From Planctomycetota bacterium (GTDB lineage Bacteria; Planctomycetota; GCA-002687715; DRQF01): a DNA stretch of 64,000 bases. Below, piece after piece: positions 23,746 through 32,838 of this stretch. Within the stretch, counting starts at the first letter, position 1. The number at the start of each line of letters is the position of its first letter. Both the position numbers and the translations under genes were made by a program. The notes below the pieces were generated by a model. The model was not told the DNA's origin, did no database searches, and saw only the letters and a list, made by a program, of their open reading frames with translations. The stretch lies in assembly GCA_020639295.1 (NCBI GenBank), contig JACKGY010000008.1, positions 66,740 through 130,739 of the forward strand. Direction: 5' to 3'.

Positions 23746-23754
23746 CGAATCTGT

Positions 23755-24573
23755 TCATCCGCCGATGAGTCGACCGACGAGCGGGTGTTCCTTGAGGGAA
23801 GACCAGAACTCGTCCTGGGCGAGACGCTTCGCCGCGTTTCCGTCCAGTTCGACGTATCGACCGAGCGCCGCCACGGCGCTCTCCTCGTCCCCGGACTCCA
23901 GGTAGAGCCGGGCGAGATCCTTCCAGCTGCCACCGGCGCGGCGATCCGTCGCCGGCATCCGGTCGAGGACGAGCCGGGCATCGGCCGCGCGCCCTTCCTC
24001 GATGTAGGCCCCGACCAGGAGCAGGCCGATGGCCAGGTCCTCGGGACCCGAGGCGACCAGCGCCTCGAAGCGCGTGATGGCCGCCGCGTGATCGCCATCG
24101 TCCCAGTCGACGAGACCGGCCAGGCGGCCGCTGTCACGGTCGGCGCCATGCTCGCGCTCGAAGGCCGCGAGCCTGAGCCGGGCGCCGTCGAGCCGACCGG
24201 CGCGCCGCTCGAGATCGACCAGGCTGAGGTCGATGTCACGACGCAGGTTCTCGTCATCCGTCCGCCGACGCGCCCGCTCGTAGACTCCGATGGCCGCGTC
24301 CGTCCGGTCCTGTCGTTCCTCGAGGAGACCGAGCAGGAGCAGCGCGTGCAGGTCGTCGGGCTCGTGCTTCAGCACGGCCTCGACCTCGGCGCGCGCCGAA
24401 TCGAAGGCCCCGATCTTCACCAACATGTCCGCGCTGCTCAGGCGCTGCTCGTCGCTGGCCTCGGGCTGGTGGAACCAGCCCAGCCAGGTGAGCAGGGAGA
24501 CCGCCAGGAGTCCGCCCGGATAGAGGATCAGGCGAAGCGCAGGCGAGCCGTTCTTGTACAGCGGGATCGGCAT
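23755..24573 (-). CDS. TPR-repeat membrane protein (possible PilF/Tgl-like pilus assembly factor)
   Basis: N-terminal TM segment LRLILYPGGLLAVSLLTWLGWF, then repeated TPR-like helices (FDSARAEVEAVLKHEPDDLHALLLLGLL, AAIGVYERA, AAITRFEALV, ...). It lies directly downstream of pilC. Confidence 0.7.
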   Translation of the reverse strand: MPIPLYKNGSPALRLILYPGGLLAVSLLTWLGWFHQPEASDEQRLSSADMLVKIGAFDSARAEVEAVLKHEPDDLHALLLLGLLEERQDRTDAAIGVYERARRRTDDENLRRDIDLSLVDLERRAGRLDGARLRLAAFEREHGADRDSGRLAGLVDWDDGDHAAAITRFEALVASGPEDLAIGLLLVGAYIEEGRAADARLVLDRMPATDRRAGGSWKDLARLYLESGDEESAVAALGRYVELDGNAAKRLAQDEFWSSLKEHPLVGRLIGG

Positions 24574-24667
24574 TTCGGGTCTCGGGCACGGCGGTCACTC
24601 CCGGGGGAGCGATCGCTCTTCATCTCTTCGTCCATACGGAGACGGGTCTTTAGAGAATGCCGGGCTC

Positions 24668-25882
24668 CTACTTCGGGGTCAGCGAACTCTGCAGCTTCAT
24701 GATCGGGAGGAACACCGCCATGACGATGCCACCCACCATGATGCCCATGAAGGCGATCATCAGCGGTTCGATCAGGCTGGTGAGGGCCTTCACCTCGGCC
24801 TCCACCTGCTGGTCGTAGAAATCGGAGATCTTGCCGAGGAGGTGCTCGAGGGCACCGGAACGCTCACCGATGCCCACCATGCGGGTCACCATCGGCGGGA
24901 AGATCCAGTGCTGCGCGAGCGGCTCGGCCAGGGTCTCGCCCTGGCGGACGTGCTCGAGCGACTCGCGCACGGCCCGGCTGACCAGGGTGTTGCCGGCGGT
25001 GTCGGCGACGATCTCGAGCGAGCCGAGGATCGGCACGCCGCTCTTGATCAGGGTCGAGAAGGTCCGCGAGAAGCGCGACAGCGCCACCTTGCGGAACAGG
25101 GGCCCGAACACCGGCAGTCGGACCACGAGCTGGTCGAAGAAGGCCCGTCCCGAGGCCGTCTGCTTCCAGGCCTTGCAGCCGACGACGAGCCCGGCCGCGC
25201 CGCCGAAGCAGACCAGCACGTTGGCCTTCATGAACAGCGAGATGCTCATCACCATGACGGTGAAGCCGGGCAGCTCGATGTCGAGGCCGTCGAAGATGTC
25301 CTTGAACTTCGGCACGATCACGATCATCAGGAACATCGTGATGGCGCTGACCATGACCAGCGAGACCACGGGATAGGTCATCGCCGACTTGATCTCGCGC
25401 TTGAGCGCGGCGCTGGCCTCGAGGTACTCGGCCAGACGGTTGAGGATCTCGTCGAGCTGACCGGAGGCCTCGCCGGCCCGCACCATGCTGACATAGATGT
25501 CGGAGAAGACCCTCGAGTGCTTGCCCATCGCGGCCGAGAGGTCGCTACCGCCCCGGATGTCGTCGATGACCATGCGCACGCAGTTGGCGAAGCCGGGCGA
25601 CTGGGCCTGCTCGCGGAGGATCTCGAGGCACTCCAGGAGCGGGATGCCCGCCGAGACCATGGTCGCGAGCTGACGGGTGAAGAGTTCGAGCTCGCCCTTC
25701 TTGGCGCTGGGCTTGGCGCGCGGATTCGCCTTGTGGGTGCTCCCGCCCAGCTCCTTCATCTTCAGGATGACCAGGTTCTGGCGCTTGAGCTTCTGCGACG
25801 CCTCGTCCTGGCTGCCACTGATGATGGTGCCGGTGACGACCTCGCCCGCCGCGTTCTTGGCCTTGTACTTGAAACTCGCCAT
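24668..25882 (-). CDS. pilC: Type IV pilus inner-membrane platform protein PilC (GspF family)
   Basis: MASFKYKAKNAAGEVVTGTI... Two T2SSF repeats are present, with GIPLLECLEIL and GVPILGSLEIV motifs. The gene is adjacent to pilT. Confidence 0.9.
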   Translation of the reverse strand: MASFKYKAKNAAGEVVTGTIISGSQDEASQKLKRQNLVILKMKELGGSTHKANPRAKPSAKKGELELFTRQLATMVSAGIPLLECLEILREQAQSPGFANCVRMVIDDIRGGSDLSAAMGKHSRVFSDIYVSMVRAGEASGQLDEILNRLAEYLEASAALKREIKSAMTYPVVSLVMVSAITMFLMIVIVPKFKDIFDGLDIELPGFTVMVMSISLFMKANVLVCFGGAAGLVVGCKAWKQTASGRAFFDQLVVRLPVFGPLFRKVALSRFSRTFSTLIKSGVPILGSLEIVADTAGNTLVSRAVRESLEHVRQGETLAEPLAQHWIFPPMVTRMVGIGERSGALEHLLGKISDFYDQQVEAEVKALTSLIEPLMIAFMGIMVGGIVMAVFLPIMKLQSSLTPK

Positions 25883-25904
25883 GAGGGTGCTTCCCTTCCC
25901 GGGT

Positions 25905-26981
25905 TCAGGCGACCGCGTGCGGGTTCTGGATCAGGCGCTTCAGCTCCTCGACGTCGGTCGAACGGGACAGGGCGTCGTCGAGGGTGATCTGGCGCTTGCG
26001 ATAGAGATCGTGCAGGGAGGTGTTCATGGTCTTCATGCCCTCCTTGCCGCCGGTCTGGATCTGCGAGTACATCTGGTGGCCCTTGTTGTCGCGGATCAGG
26101 GCCCGGATCGCGGTGTTGGCGATCATGATCTCGGCGGCGAGGATGCGCCCGCGCTGGTTCGACAGCGGCACCAGCTGCTGGCAGAAGACCGCCTGGAGCG
26201 TGAAGCTCAGCTGGGTGCGGATCTGCTGCTGCTGGTAGGCCGGGAAGACGTCGACGATGCGGTTGATCGTCTGCACGCAGTCCGAGGTGTGCAGCGTGGC
26301 GAAGGTGAGGTGACCGGTCTCGGCCAGCGTCAGCGCGGCCTCGATGGTCTCCATGGTGCGCATCTCGCCGATCAGCACGATGTCCGGGTCCTGCCGGAGC
26401 ACCGAGCGGAGGGCGTTCTCGAAGCTGTAGGTGTCGGAGCCGACCTCGCGCTGGTTGAACAGGCAGCTCTTGTTCGAGTGGAGGAACTCGATCGGATCCT
26501 CGACCGTGACGATGTGCTGCCGCCGCGTGCGGTTGATCTGGTCGATCATCGCCGCCAGGGTCGTCGACTTGCCCGAGCCGGTCGCGCCGGTGACCAGCAC
26601 CAGTCCCTTGGGCATGGCGCAGATCCGCTCGCAGACCTCACGCGGCAGGCCGAGATCCTCGAAGGCCTTGATCTCGTAGGGAATGACCCGGAAGACCGCG
26701 CCCACGGCACCGCGCTGCATGAACACGTTGGTCCGGAACCGACCGAGCGAGGCGATGCCGAAGGACAGATCGAGTTCGTGCTCCTTCTCGAACTTGGCGA
26801 TCTGCTCGGCGTTGAGGATGCTGTAGACGAGCCTCTTGGTGTCCTTGGGCTCCAAGGGTTCGCTGGTGGCATCGTTCAGCTCGCCGTCGAGGCGGAACTT
26901 GGGTGCTGAACCGGCCGAGATGTGGAGGTCGGAACCACCTCTCTCGACGAGACCTTGCAGCAATTCCTCGAGTGCGATCAT
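25905..26981 (-). CDS. pilT: Twitching-motility retraction ATPase PilT
   Basis: Walker A GATGSGKSTT, GSDLHISAGSAPKFRLDG, and a PilT-specific AIRALIRDNK (AIRNLIRE-type) motif. AGGAG lies 5 nt before the ATG. Confidence 0.92.
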   Translation of the reverse strand: MIALEELLQGLVERGGSDLHISAGSAPKFRLDGELNDATSEPLEPKDTKRLVYSILNAEQIAKFEKEHELDLSFGIASLGRFRTNVFMQRGAVGAVFRVIPYEIKAFEDLGLPREVCERICAMPKGLVLVTGATGSGKSTTLAAMIDQINRTRRQHIVTVEDPIEFLHSNKSCLFNQREVGSDTYSFENALRSVLRQDPDIVLIGEMRTMETIEAALTLAETGHLTFATLHTSDCVQTINRIVDVFPAYQQQQIRTQLSFTLQAVFCQQLVPLSNQRGRILAAEIMIANTAIRALIRDNKGHQMYSQIQTGGKEGMKTMNTSLHDLYRKRQITLDDALSRSTDVEELKRLIQNPHAVA

Positions 26982-27120
26982 GTCTGCTCCTGAAGTCGCG
27001 GATCCCGAGCGCCGGGTCCGTGGATACGGACCGACGCAGAGTCCTTTTCGTCATCCAGGGCAGGCAGTCATGAGGCCTGCATTCTTATGCAGGATCGTCG
27101 TCGAAGGGACGGAACTCGGT

Positions 27121-30100
27121 TCAGCGCCGAGGGCTACAGCGGTGTCGATGGCGCCCCGGACCTAGGACCAGGACCCGGTCGCCCCCGGCAGCCCGGAAGC
27201 CTTCCGGGACCAGGACTTCGGCGCGACAACCGGGCGGCAGATCGATCTCGAACTCGAAGTCCTCGCCCTGCCGCCAGCGCAGCCGGATGTCGCCTCGAGG
27301 GGTCTCGCGCAGGATCTCGGCGCTGGCTCCCGGCCCCCAGGGCGTGGGCGCGATCCGGCTGAGGCGGTAGGCCGGCTCGTCGAGCACCGGCTGCGGCATG
27401 CCGAGGAGGCGGTCGACCTCGGCCAGGACGAAGGCCAAGGGCTGGTGGAGACGATTGCTCCGTGGGTCGACGGTCCAGCCCTCGGGCAAGGATGCGAGTC
27501 CGAGATCGAGCAGGGCCTGGAATGACGGCGAGTCGTGGCCGAGCAGCTTCTCCAGGGCCCGGCGGGCGAAACCTCGTTCGATCAGCTGGTCGAGCAGGAG
27601 CGGAGCCTGCACGTAGCCGCCGTCCATGCGCTCGCCGCCGGCCAGCAGTCGCGACTCCAGGTCCGCGACCTCCGACTCGTCGCGCGGCCAGCCCTGATGG
27701 AGAGCGAGGGCCGCGAAGCCCGGCTCGATCACCCGTCCCGCGGCGACCTCGGCCTGAAGCAGGCTCCGGAGCCGCGACCTCAGCTCGTCGACCTCGCCCT
27801 CGACCCGCTTCGCTTCCTCCTCGTCGCCGAGCACGAGCGCCATGCGGCGAAGGGCGTCGAGGCCCTCGAGCCAGCCCGAGGTCGCCATGATGGCGATCGG
27901 CGTTCGCGCCCGGCCGGGAATGCTGAAGTCCTGCCAGTCCCCGATCCCCTCCCGGAGGAGCCCGTCGACGCTCCGAGCCCGACACCAGGCGAGCCAGCGA
28001 CGCAGCGGTTCCCGAGCCCCTTCGAGGCGCGTCCGATCGCCGTCCTCGGCGTAGAGAACGAGGGGCAGGCTGCCGATGACTCCGGCCCACCAGGGATCGG
28101 CGAGACGCGGGGGGCCGTCGCCGACCGATCGGGAGAGGGAGGCGGGGCCGGGTACGATCGAGGGCACGAAGCCATCCGAGCACTGGCCGGCCTGGATCTC
28201 GTCGAGCCAGCGGTCGTACCAGGGCAGGAGGGCGAACCGTCCGAGGTAGGAACGGGCCACGACCTGGCCATCGCGGAGCCAGGGCTGGCGCTCGCGACCG
28301 GGGCAGTCCACCGGCAAGTCCTGGGCATTGGCGCGCAGCGAGGCCAGGGCCGCCTCGATCAGGCGAGCGAGCTCGGTCTGGTCCTGACGGAGGCTTGCCG
28401 TGGGGCGCAGATCCTGGCCGATCTCGACCGCGCGGATCGCGTCCACGCCGAGGTCGTCGATCGCTCCCCGGACGCGCAGATAGCGGAAGGCGCCGGTCGA
28501 GAAACGCGGTTCGAAGCGGTCGACCGGCGCCGCCGACAGGATGAACTCGTGGTGCTGGAAGCGACCGAGTGTGAGCCAGTTCTGGGCGAGGGCATCGATC
28601 TCGCCGTGATCGTCCACGACCTCGGCCAGGTCGACCTCGACCAGGCTCCCCTCGGGGCCGGCGAGATCGAGTCGGATCGTGCCCGACAGGACCCGACCGA
28701 AGTCCACCAGGTAGCTGCCGTCAGCGCGCCGCCCGACGACGACCGGGACCACCTCGTCGCGCGCCACCTGGCCGCCCTCGGCGCGCGACCGGATCTCGAT
28801 GCCGGCCGGAAGTCCGAGGATGACCGCCGGCTGGTCGAGCGGCTGATCCCCGGCTCGCCGCCGCGCGTCGATGGTCTCGCCGGAGCGAATGCCCTGGTCG
28901 ATCACGTCGCCGATCCGCCAGGACCAGCTTTCGTCGCTGCCGACGAGTCGGTCGCCCTCCTCGTCGAGGATCTGGATCTCGGCGCTGAAGCCCGGGCGGG
29001 AGTCCGGCCGGTCCTGCTCGCTTCCGAAGAGATCGGGCTGGCGATCGGCATACCAGCCGGAGGCGAGATCGACGCTGATCTCGTTCGCGCCCGGCCGGAG
29101 ATGGGGCCGCAGATCGATGCTGCACAGCAGCATGCGCGACGGCCACCGGCTTCGACCGGGGGCCAGGCGTTCCCCGGTCACCAGTTCGCCGTTCACCCGA
29201 AGGTCGAAGGCTCCGAGGCAGGCGATGCGGATCAGGCCGTCCTCGATCCGGCGTCCGCAGCCGATCGTCCGGTGGAACCGGAGCACCGGACCGGACGCGC
29301 GCCGATCCTCGACCGGACGCTCGACGATGCCGTTGGTCAGGTAGCGCGCCGACCAGCCGCCCTCCTCCCGCGAGTCCTGCGCATGCACGGGGGCCCGGAG
29401 CGCCAGGTTCCTGCCGCCGGCGAAGACCTCGATCTCGGCCAGGGCCAGGACGTCGATGTCGGCCGCGAAGGGCTCGGCGACCAGGGTGTCGAGGACCAGG
29501 AACCGCCCGCGGGCTCCGTGGACCGGGACTTCGAGGCACGTCCGCGCCCCCAGGTCGAAGTCCTGGCCGCTGGCGTCCATCAGCAGATCACCACCGGTCT
29601 CGTCCGGGGCCAGATGGACGTAGAAGCGGCGAGGGAAGCCGACCACGCGCCCGTCCAGTCCACCCTCCCGGCTGCGGCAGGGATGGATGACGACCCGATC
29701 CGGCGTCACGATCCGCCCGAGGTCGACGACGAGGCGGTGCGGTTGGTCGGGAACGCGAACGAGACTCCACTGGAATCCCTGGGGCCGCGGCCCGTTCGCG
29801 GGCATCACCAGGGGACTGCCGATGAACCGACCGGCGAGGACATCGCCCGGCAGGATACCGCTACGGAAGCACATCCAGGCGGATGGCCGGAGCGCTCCCG
29901 AGGGGCGGTCCTGCACCCAGACGCGCCAGCGATAACGGCCGCGCGAGGTGAGCGGCGGGCCGCGATAGGGCCGGTGCTGCGTCTCCCGATCGCGAACGAG
30001 CCCGCTATCCCAGAGCAGGTGGTCTACCGTCTCGTCGAAGCCACGATGAACCTCGATCCGGTAGGCGCACTGGTCGAGATCGAGGCTCGCGGAATCGAGG

Positions 30101-30294
30101 GCGCGGAGGGCCCAGGAGAAGCGAGGGCTGGCCTCCGAGATCTCGGGCAGGCCATCGAGGCCGGCGACCCGCAGGCGGAAGGCCTCGAGTCTCGCCGGCG
30201 GACCGGAAAGGCCATCGCCCTGCCCGGCCGCGGTCCCGATCAGGACGACGCCGCCGAGCAGGGCGATGATGAGGAAGCGCGCGATCGTCGTCAT
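27121..30294 (-). CDS. Secreted alpha-L-rhamnosidase-like glycoside hydrolase (GH78 family)
   Basis: Signal peptide MTTIARFLIIALLGGVVLIGTAAG. The N-terminal pattern is PRFSWAL...CAYRIEV...LWDSG...YRWRVWVQD. The length and the later (alpha/alpha)6-like region are typical of GH78. Confidence 0.75.
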   Translation of the reverse strand: MTTIARFLIIALLGGVVLIGTAAGQGDGLSGPPARLEAFRLRVAGLDGLPEISEASPRFSWALRALDSASLDLDQCAYRIEVHRGFDETVDHLLWDSGLVRDRETQHRPYRGPPLTSRGRYRWRVWVQDRPSGALRPSAWMCFRSGILPGDVLAGRFIGSPLVMPANGPRPQGFQWSLVRVPDQPHRLVVDLGRIVTPDRVVIHPCRSREGGLDGRVVGFPRRFYVHLAPDETGGDLLMDASGQDFDLGARTCLEVPVHGARGRFLVLDTLVAEPFAADIDVLALAEIEVFAGGRNLALRAPVHAQDSREEGGWSARYLTNGIVERPVEDRRASGPVLRFHRTIGCGRRIEDGLIRIACLGAFDLRVNGELVTGERLAPGRSRWPSRMLLCSIDLRPHLRPGANEISVDLASGWYADRQPDLFGSEQDRPDSRPGFSAEIQILDEEGDRLVGSDESWSWRIGDVIDQGIRSGETIDARRRAGDQPLDQPAVILGLPAGIEIRSRAEGGQVARDEVVPVVVGRRADGSYLVDFGRVLSGTIRLDLAGPEGSLVEVDLAEVVDDHGEIDALAQNWLTLGRFQHHEFILSAAPVDRFEPRFSTGAFRYLRVRGAIDDLGVDAIRAVEIGQDLRPTASLRQDQTELARLIEAALASLRANAQDLPVDCPGRERQPWLRDGQVVARSYLGRFALLPWYDRWLDEIQAGQCSDGFVPSIVPGPASLSRSVGDGPPRLADPWWAGVIGSLPLVLYAEDGDRTRLEGAREPLRRWLAWCRARSVDGLLREGIGDWQDFSIPGRARTPIAIMATSGWLEGLDALRRMALVLGDEEEAKRVEGEVDELRSRLRSLLQAEVAAGRVIEPGFAALALHQGWPRDESEVADLESRLLAGGERMDGGYVQAPLLLDQLIERGFARRALEKLLGHDSPSFQALLDLGLASLPEGWTVDPRSNRLHQPLAFVLAEVDRLLGMPQPVLDEPAYRLSRIAPTPWGPGASAEILRETPRGDIRLRWRQGEDFEFEIDLPPGCRAEVLVPEGFRAAGGDRVLVLGPGRHRHRCSPRR

Positions 30295-30319
30295 GGGTCG
30301 GCGGCGACCGGCTCCTGGC

Positions 30320-32359
30320 CTACTCCTCCTCCTCGCGCGGCTTGAAGGCCGCGATGATCTCCTGCTGGACGTTGCCCGGCACCTGTTCGTAGCCGGCCTC
30401 GTCGTAGCTGAAGGAACCCTCGCCCGAGGTCAAGGAGGTGATGACCCGCGGGTACTCCGCCATCTCCGACTTCGGCACATGGGCCCTGATCACCTGCATG
30501 GAGCCCTTGGCGTCCATGCCCTGGATGCGACCACGACGCGTGTTGAGGTCACCGGTGATGTCACCCATGTAGTCCGAAGGCACCACGATCTCGGCGTCGA
30601 CCATCGGTTCGAGCAGAACCGGGCGGGCCTTGTGCACGGCATCGGCGAAGGCCCGGCCGCCGGCGATCTTGAAGGCCGCCTCGGACGAATCGACGTCGTG
30701 GAACTTGCCGTCGGTGACGGTCACGTGGATGTCGTGGATCGGGTAGCCGGCGATGACGCCGTGGATCATCTTCTCGCGGATGCCCTTCTCGATCGCGGGC
30801 GCGAAGTTGGTCGGAATCGAGCCGCCGACGATCTTCCACTCGAACTCGAGGCCGGAACCCGGCTCGGCCGGCCTGACGCTGAGGTAGACCTCGCCGAACT
30901 GCCCGCGACCGCCGGTCTGCTTCTTGTGCCGGTAATGGCCGTCGGCCGGGGTCGTGATCGCCTCACGGTAGGGAATCCGCGCCGGGGCCAGGTCGACGTC
31001 GATGCCGTAGCGGTCGTGCAGACGCCGGAAGATGACGTTCAGGTGCAGGCTGCTCATGCCCGAGGCGATGGCCTCGTTGGTGATCGGATCCCGGTGGACC
31101 GAGAAGGTCGGGATCTCCTCATCCAGCTTGTGCAGGGCCTCGCTGATCTTGGTCTCGTCGGAGCGCGACTTGGGCCGGACCGCGACGCTCGCCATCGGCT
31201 TCGGGAAGGAGATCTTGCCCAGATATCCCGAGTGCTCGTAGGAGGCGATGGTGTCGCCGATGTGCAACGAGTCGATCTTGGTGAGGGTGACGATCTCGCC
31301 GGCGACCGCGTCGTCGCCGGTCACCTGGTCCTTGCCCATCGGCAGCAGGATGTGCCCCATCTTCTCCTTGCGACCGCCCTCCGCGTGATAGAAGAAGTCG
31401 CCGGCATGAATGTGTCCGGTGACGATCTTCACGTAGGCGATCTTGCCGACGTGACGGTCGATCTGCAGCTTGAAGACCTGACCGAGGAAGGGAGCGTCGA
31501 AGCTGATCTCCACCTCGCCCTTGACCTGGGTGCAGGCGCGATCCTCGTAGACCTTCTCCTTGCCGCGGTAGGCGGTGTTGGGAAAGAAGTCGACGATGGC
31601 GTCGAGCACGTCATGGGCGCCGATGTTCTTCTCCATCGAGGTGAACAGGATCGGCACCAGCTTGCCGTCCAGCACGGCCTTGATGAAGCAGCGCTTGAGG
31701 TCCTCCTTGCAGATCTCCTCGCCCTCGAGGTAGCGGGTCATGATGTCGTCGTAGACCTCGACCGCCGACTCGACGAAGTTCTGGTAGTACTCCTGCTCGC
31801 GAGGGCTGTCGCCGCCGTGATTCTTGAGGATGCGATGCGGCTCGGCGAATCCGTCCCCGACCGCGGCCGGCCAGGTCACCGGGATGCAGCACTCACCGAA
31901 CCAGGACTGGATGTCCAGGATCAGCTTGTCCAGGTCGATGTCCTGGAGGTCGCACTTGGTGACCACGATCATCCGGGCGCGCCCCAGCTTCTCGGCCAGG
32001 GCCATGGTCCGGCGGGTGTTCACCTGGACGCCGGTATGGGCGTTGACGCAGACGATGACGCCCTCGCAGGCCGCCATGGCGCCGTAGGCCTCGCCGATGT
32101 AGTCCGGGTAGCCGGGCGTATCGATGATGTTGATCTCGCGCTCGTCCCAGACGCAACGCGCGACCGCGCTGTCGATGCTGTGCCCCTGTTCCTTCTCGAG
32201 ATCATCGAAGTCGAAGACCGAGGTCTTCTCCTTCACGCTGCCACGCCTCGGCACGGCCTTGGCCTCGAAGAGCAGCGCGTCGGCCAGGGTCGTCTTGCCG
32301 CTGTCACCGTGGCCGACGATGCACACATTCTTGATCTTGTTGGGGAGGTCTCTGGGCAT
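30320..32359 (-). CDS. Elongation factor G paralog (EF-G2-like translational GTPase)
   Basis: G1 is VGHGDSGKTTL rather than AHIDAGKTT. Also present: DTPGYPDY, TKCD, and full EF-G domains II-V (GRGQFGEVYL..., IVVPSDYMGDITGDLNTRRGRIQGM). AAGGAG lies 8 nt before the ATG. Confidence 0.88.
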   Translation of the reverse strand: MPRDLPNKIKNVCIVGHGDSGKTTLADALLFEAKAVPRRGSVKEKTSVFDFDDLEKEQGHSIDSAVARCVWDEREINIIDTPGYPDYIGEAYGAMAACEGVIVCVNAHTGVQVNTRRTMALAEKLGRARMIVVTKCDLQDIDLDKLILDIQSWFGECCIPVTWPAAVGDGFAEPHRILKNHGGDSPREQEYYQNFVESAVEVYDDIMTRYLEGEEICKEDLKRCFIKAVLDGKLVPILFTSMEKNIGAHDVLDAIVDFFPNTAYRGKEKVYEDRACTQVKGEVEISFDAPFLGQVFKLQIDRHVGKIAYVKIVTGHIHAGDFFYHAEGGRKEKMGHILLPMGKDQVTGDDAVAGEIVTLTKIDSLHIGDTIASYEHSGYLGKISFPKPMASVAVRPKSRSDETKISEALHKLDEEIPTFSVHRDPITNEAIASGMSSLHLNVIFRRLHDRYGIDVDLAPARIPYREAITTPADGHYRHKKQTGGRGQFGEVYLSVRPAEPGSGLEFEWKIVGGSIPTNFAPAIEKGIREKMIHGVIAGYPIHDIHVTVTDGKFHDVDSSEAAFKIAGGRAFADAVHKARPVLLEPMVDAEIVVPSDYMGDITGDLNTRRGRIQGMDAKGSMQVIRAHVPKSEMAEYPRVITSLTSGEGSFSYDEAGYEQVPGNVQQEIIAAFKPREEEE

Positions 32360-32768
32360 GACTGCTGCTCCTTCAGGTCGGGGCGGGTCCCCAAGATTAG
32401 GATCGGGGACTTTTCTTGTAAACCCTCGTCACGGGGGCCGGTCCACCGGGGCTTATTCCCCGCTGCGCGGCGTTCTCCGCAGCCACGGCGAAGGCCGTGC
32501 CAACGAGAGGGAAAATGGGCGAGCGGAAGGCCGCCCGAGCACGGTCGATTCACCATGCGCCTGGTCGATGGCCGGCGGGCCCTCGGTGACCGAGGCATCC
32601 GCGGCGAGGAGGGCTTCCGGGCGCGCGGCGAGGGCGGCGGACCGGGCTCGGATCGTGACGCGCGAGCGGCGGGAACGAGGCCGGATCCACCGCGATGCCG
32701 GACATCGCCGTCCGCCCACCGGTCGGCCTCCCGACCCTGACGCCGGCCCGGGGAGAGAACCAGGTGGA

Positions 32769-32796
32769 AGGGCCTCGCGGCAAGCCGCGAGGCCCT
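32769..32796. terminator. GC-rich hairpin downstream of the OmpA-like gene
   Basis: 12-bp stem agggcctcgcgg / ccgcgaggccct with loop caag, 43 nt after the stop at 32839 (minus strand). Confidence 0.55.
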
Positions 32797-32838
32797 CCTT
32801 CATGGCGTCGAGCGCCCGCAGATCACCCGGTCGGGGGA

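Noticed and set aside
23590-24702. A 370-aa plus-strand ORF starting in the pilA upstream repeats (MRCTAARPS...MRCTATRR...).
   Set aside because: Its N-terminus is simply the translated tandem DNA repeat. The rest is antisense to the TPR gene.
27535-32740. Long plus-strand ORFs (27535..30345 and 30266..32740) antisense to the GH78 and EF-G2-like genes.
   Set aside because: They have no motifs, a biased Arg/Gly/Asp composition, and the wrong third-position GC pattern relative to the minus-strand genes, which have clear homology signatures.
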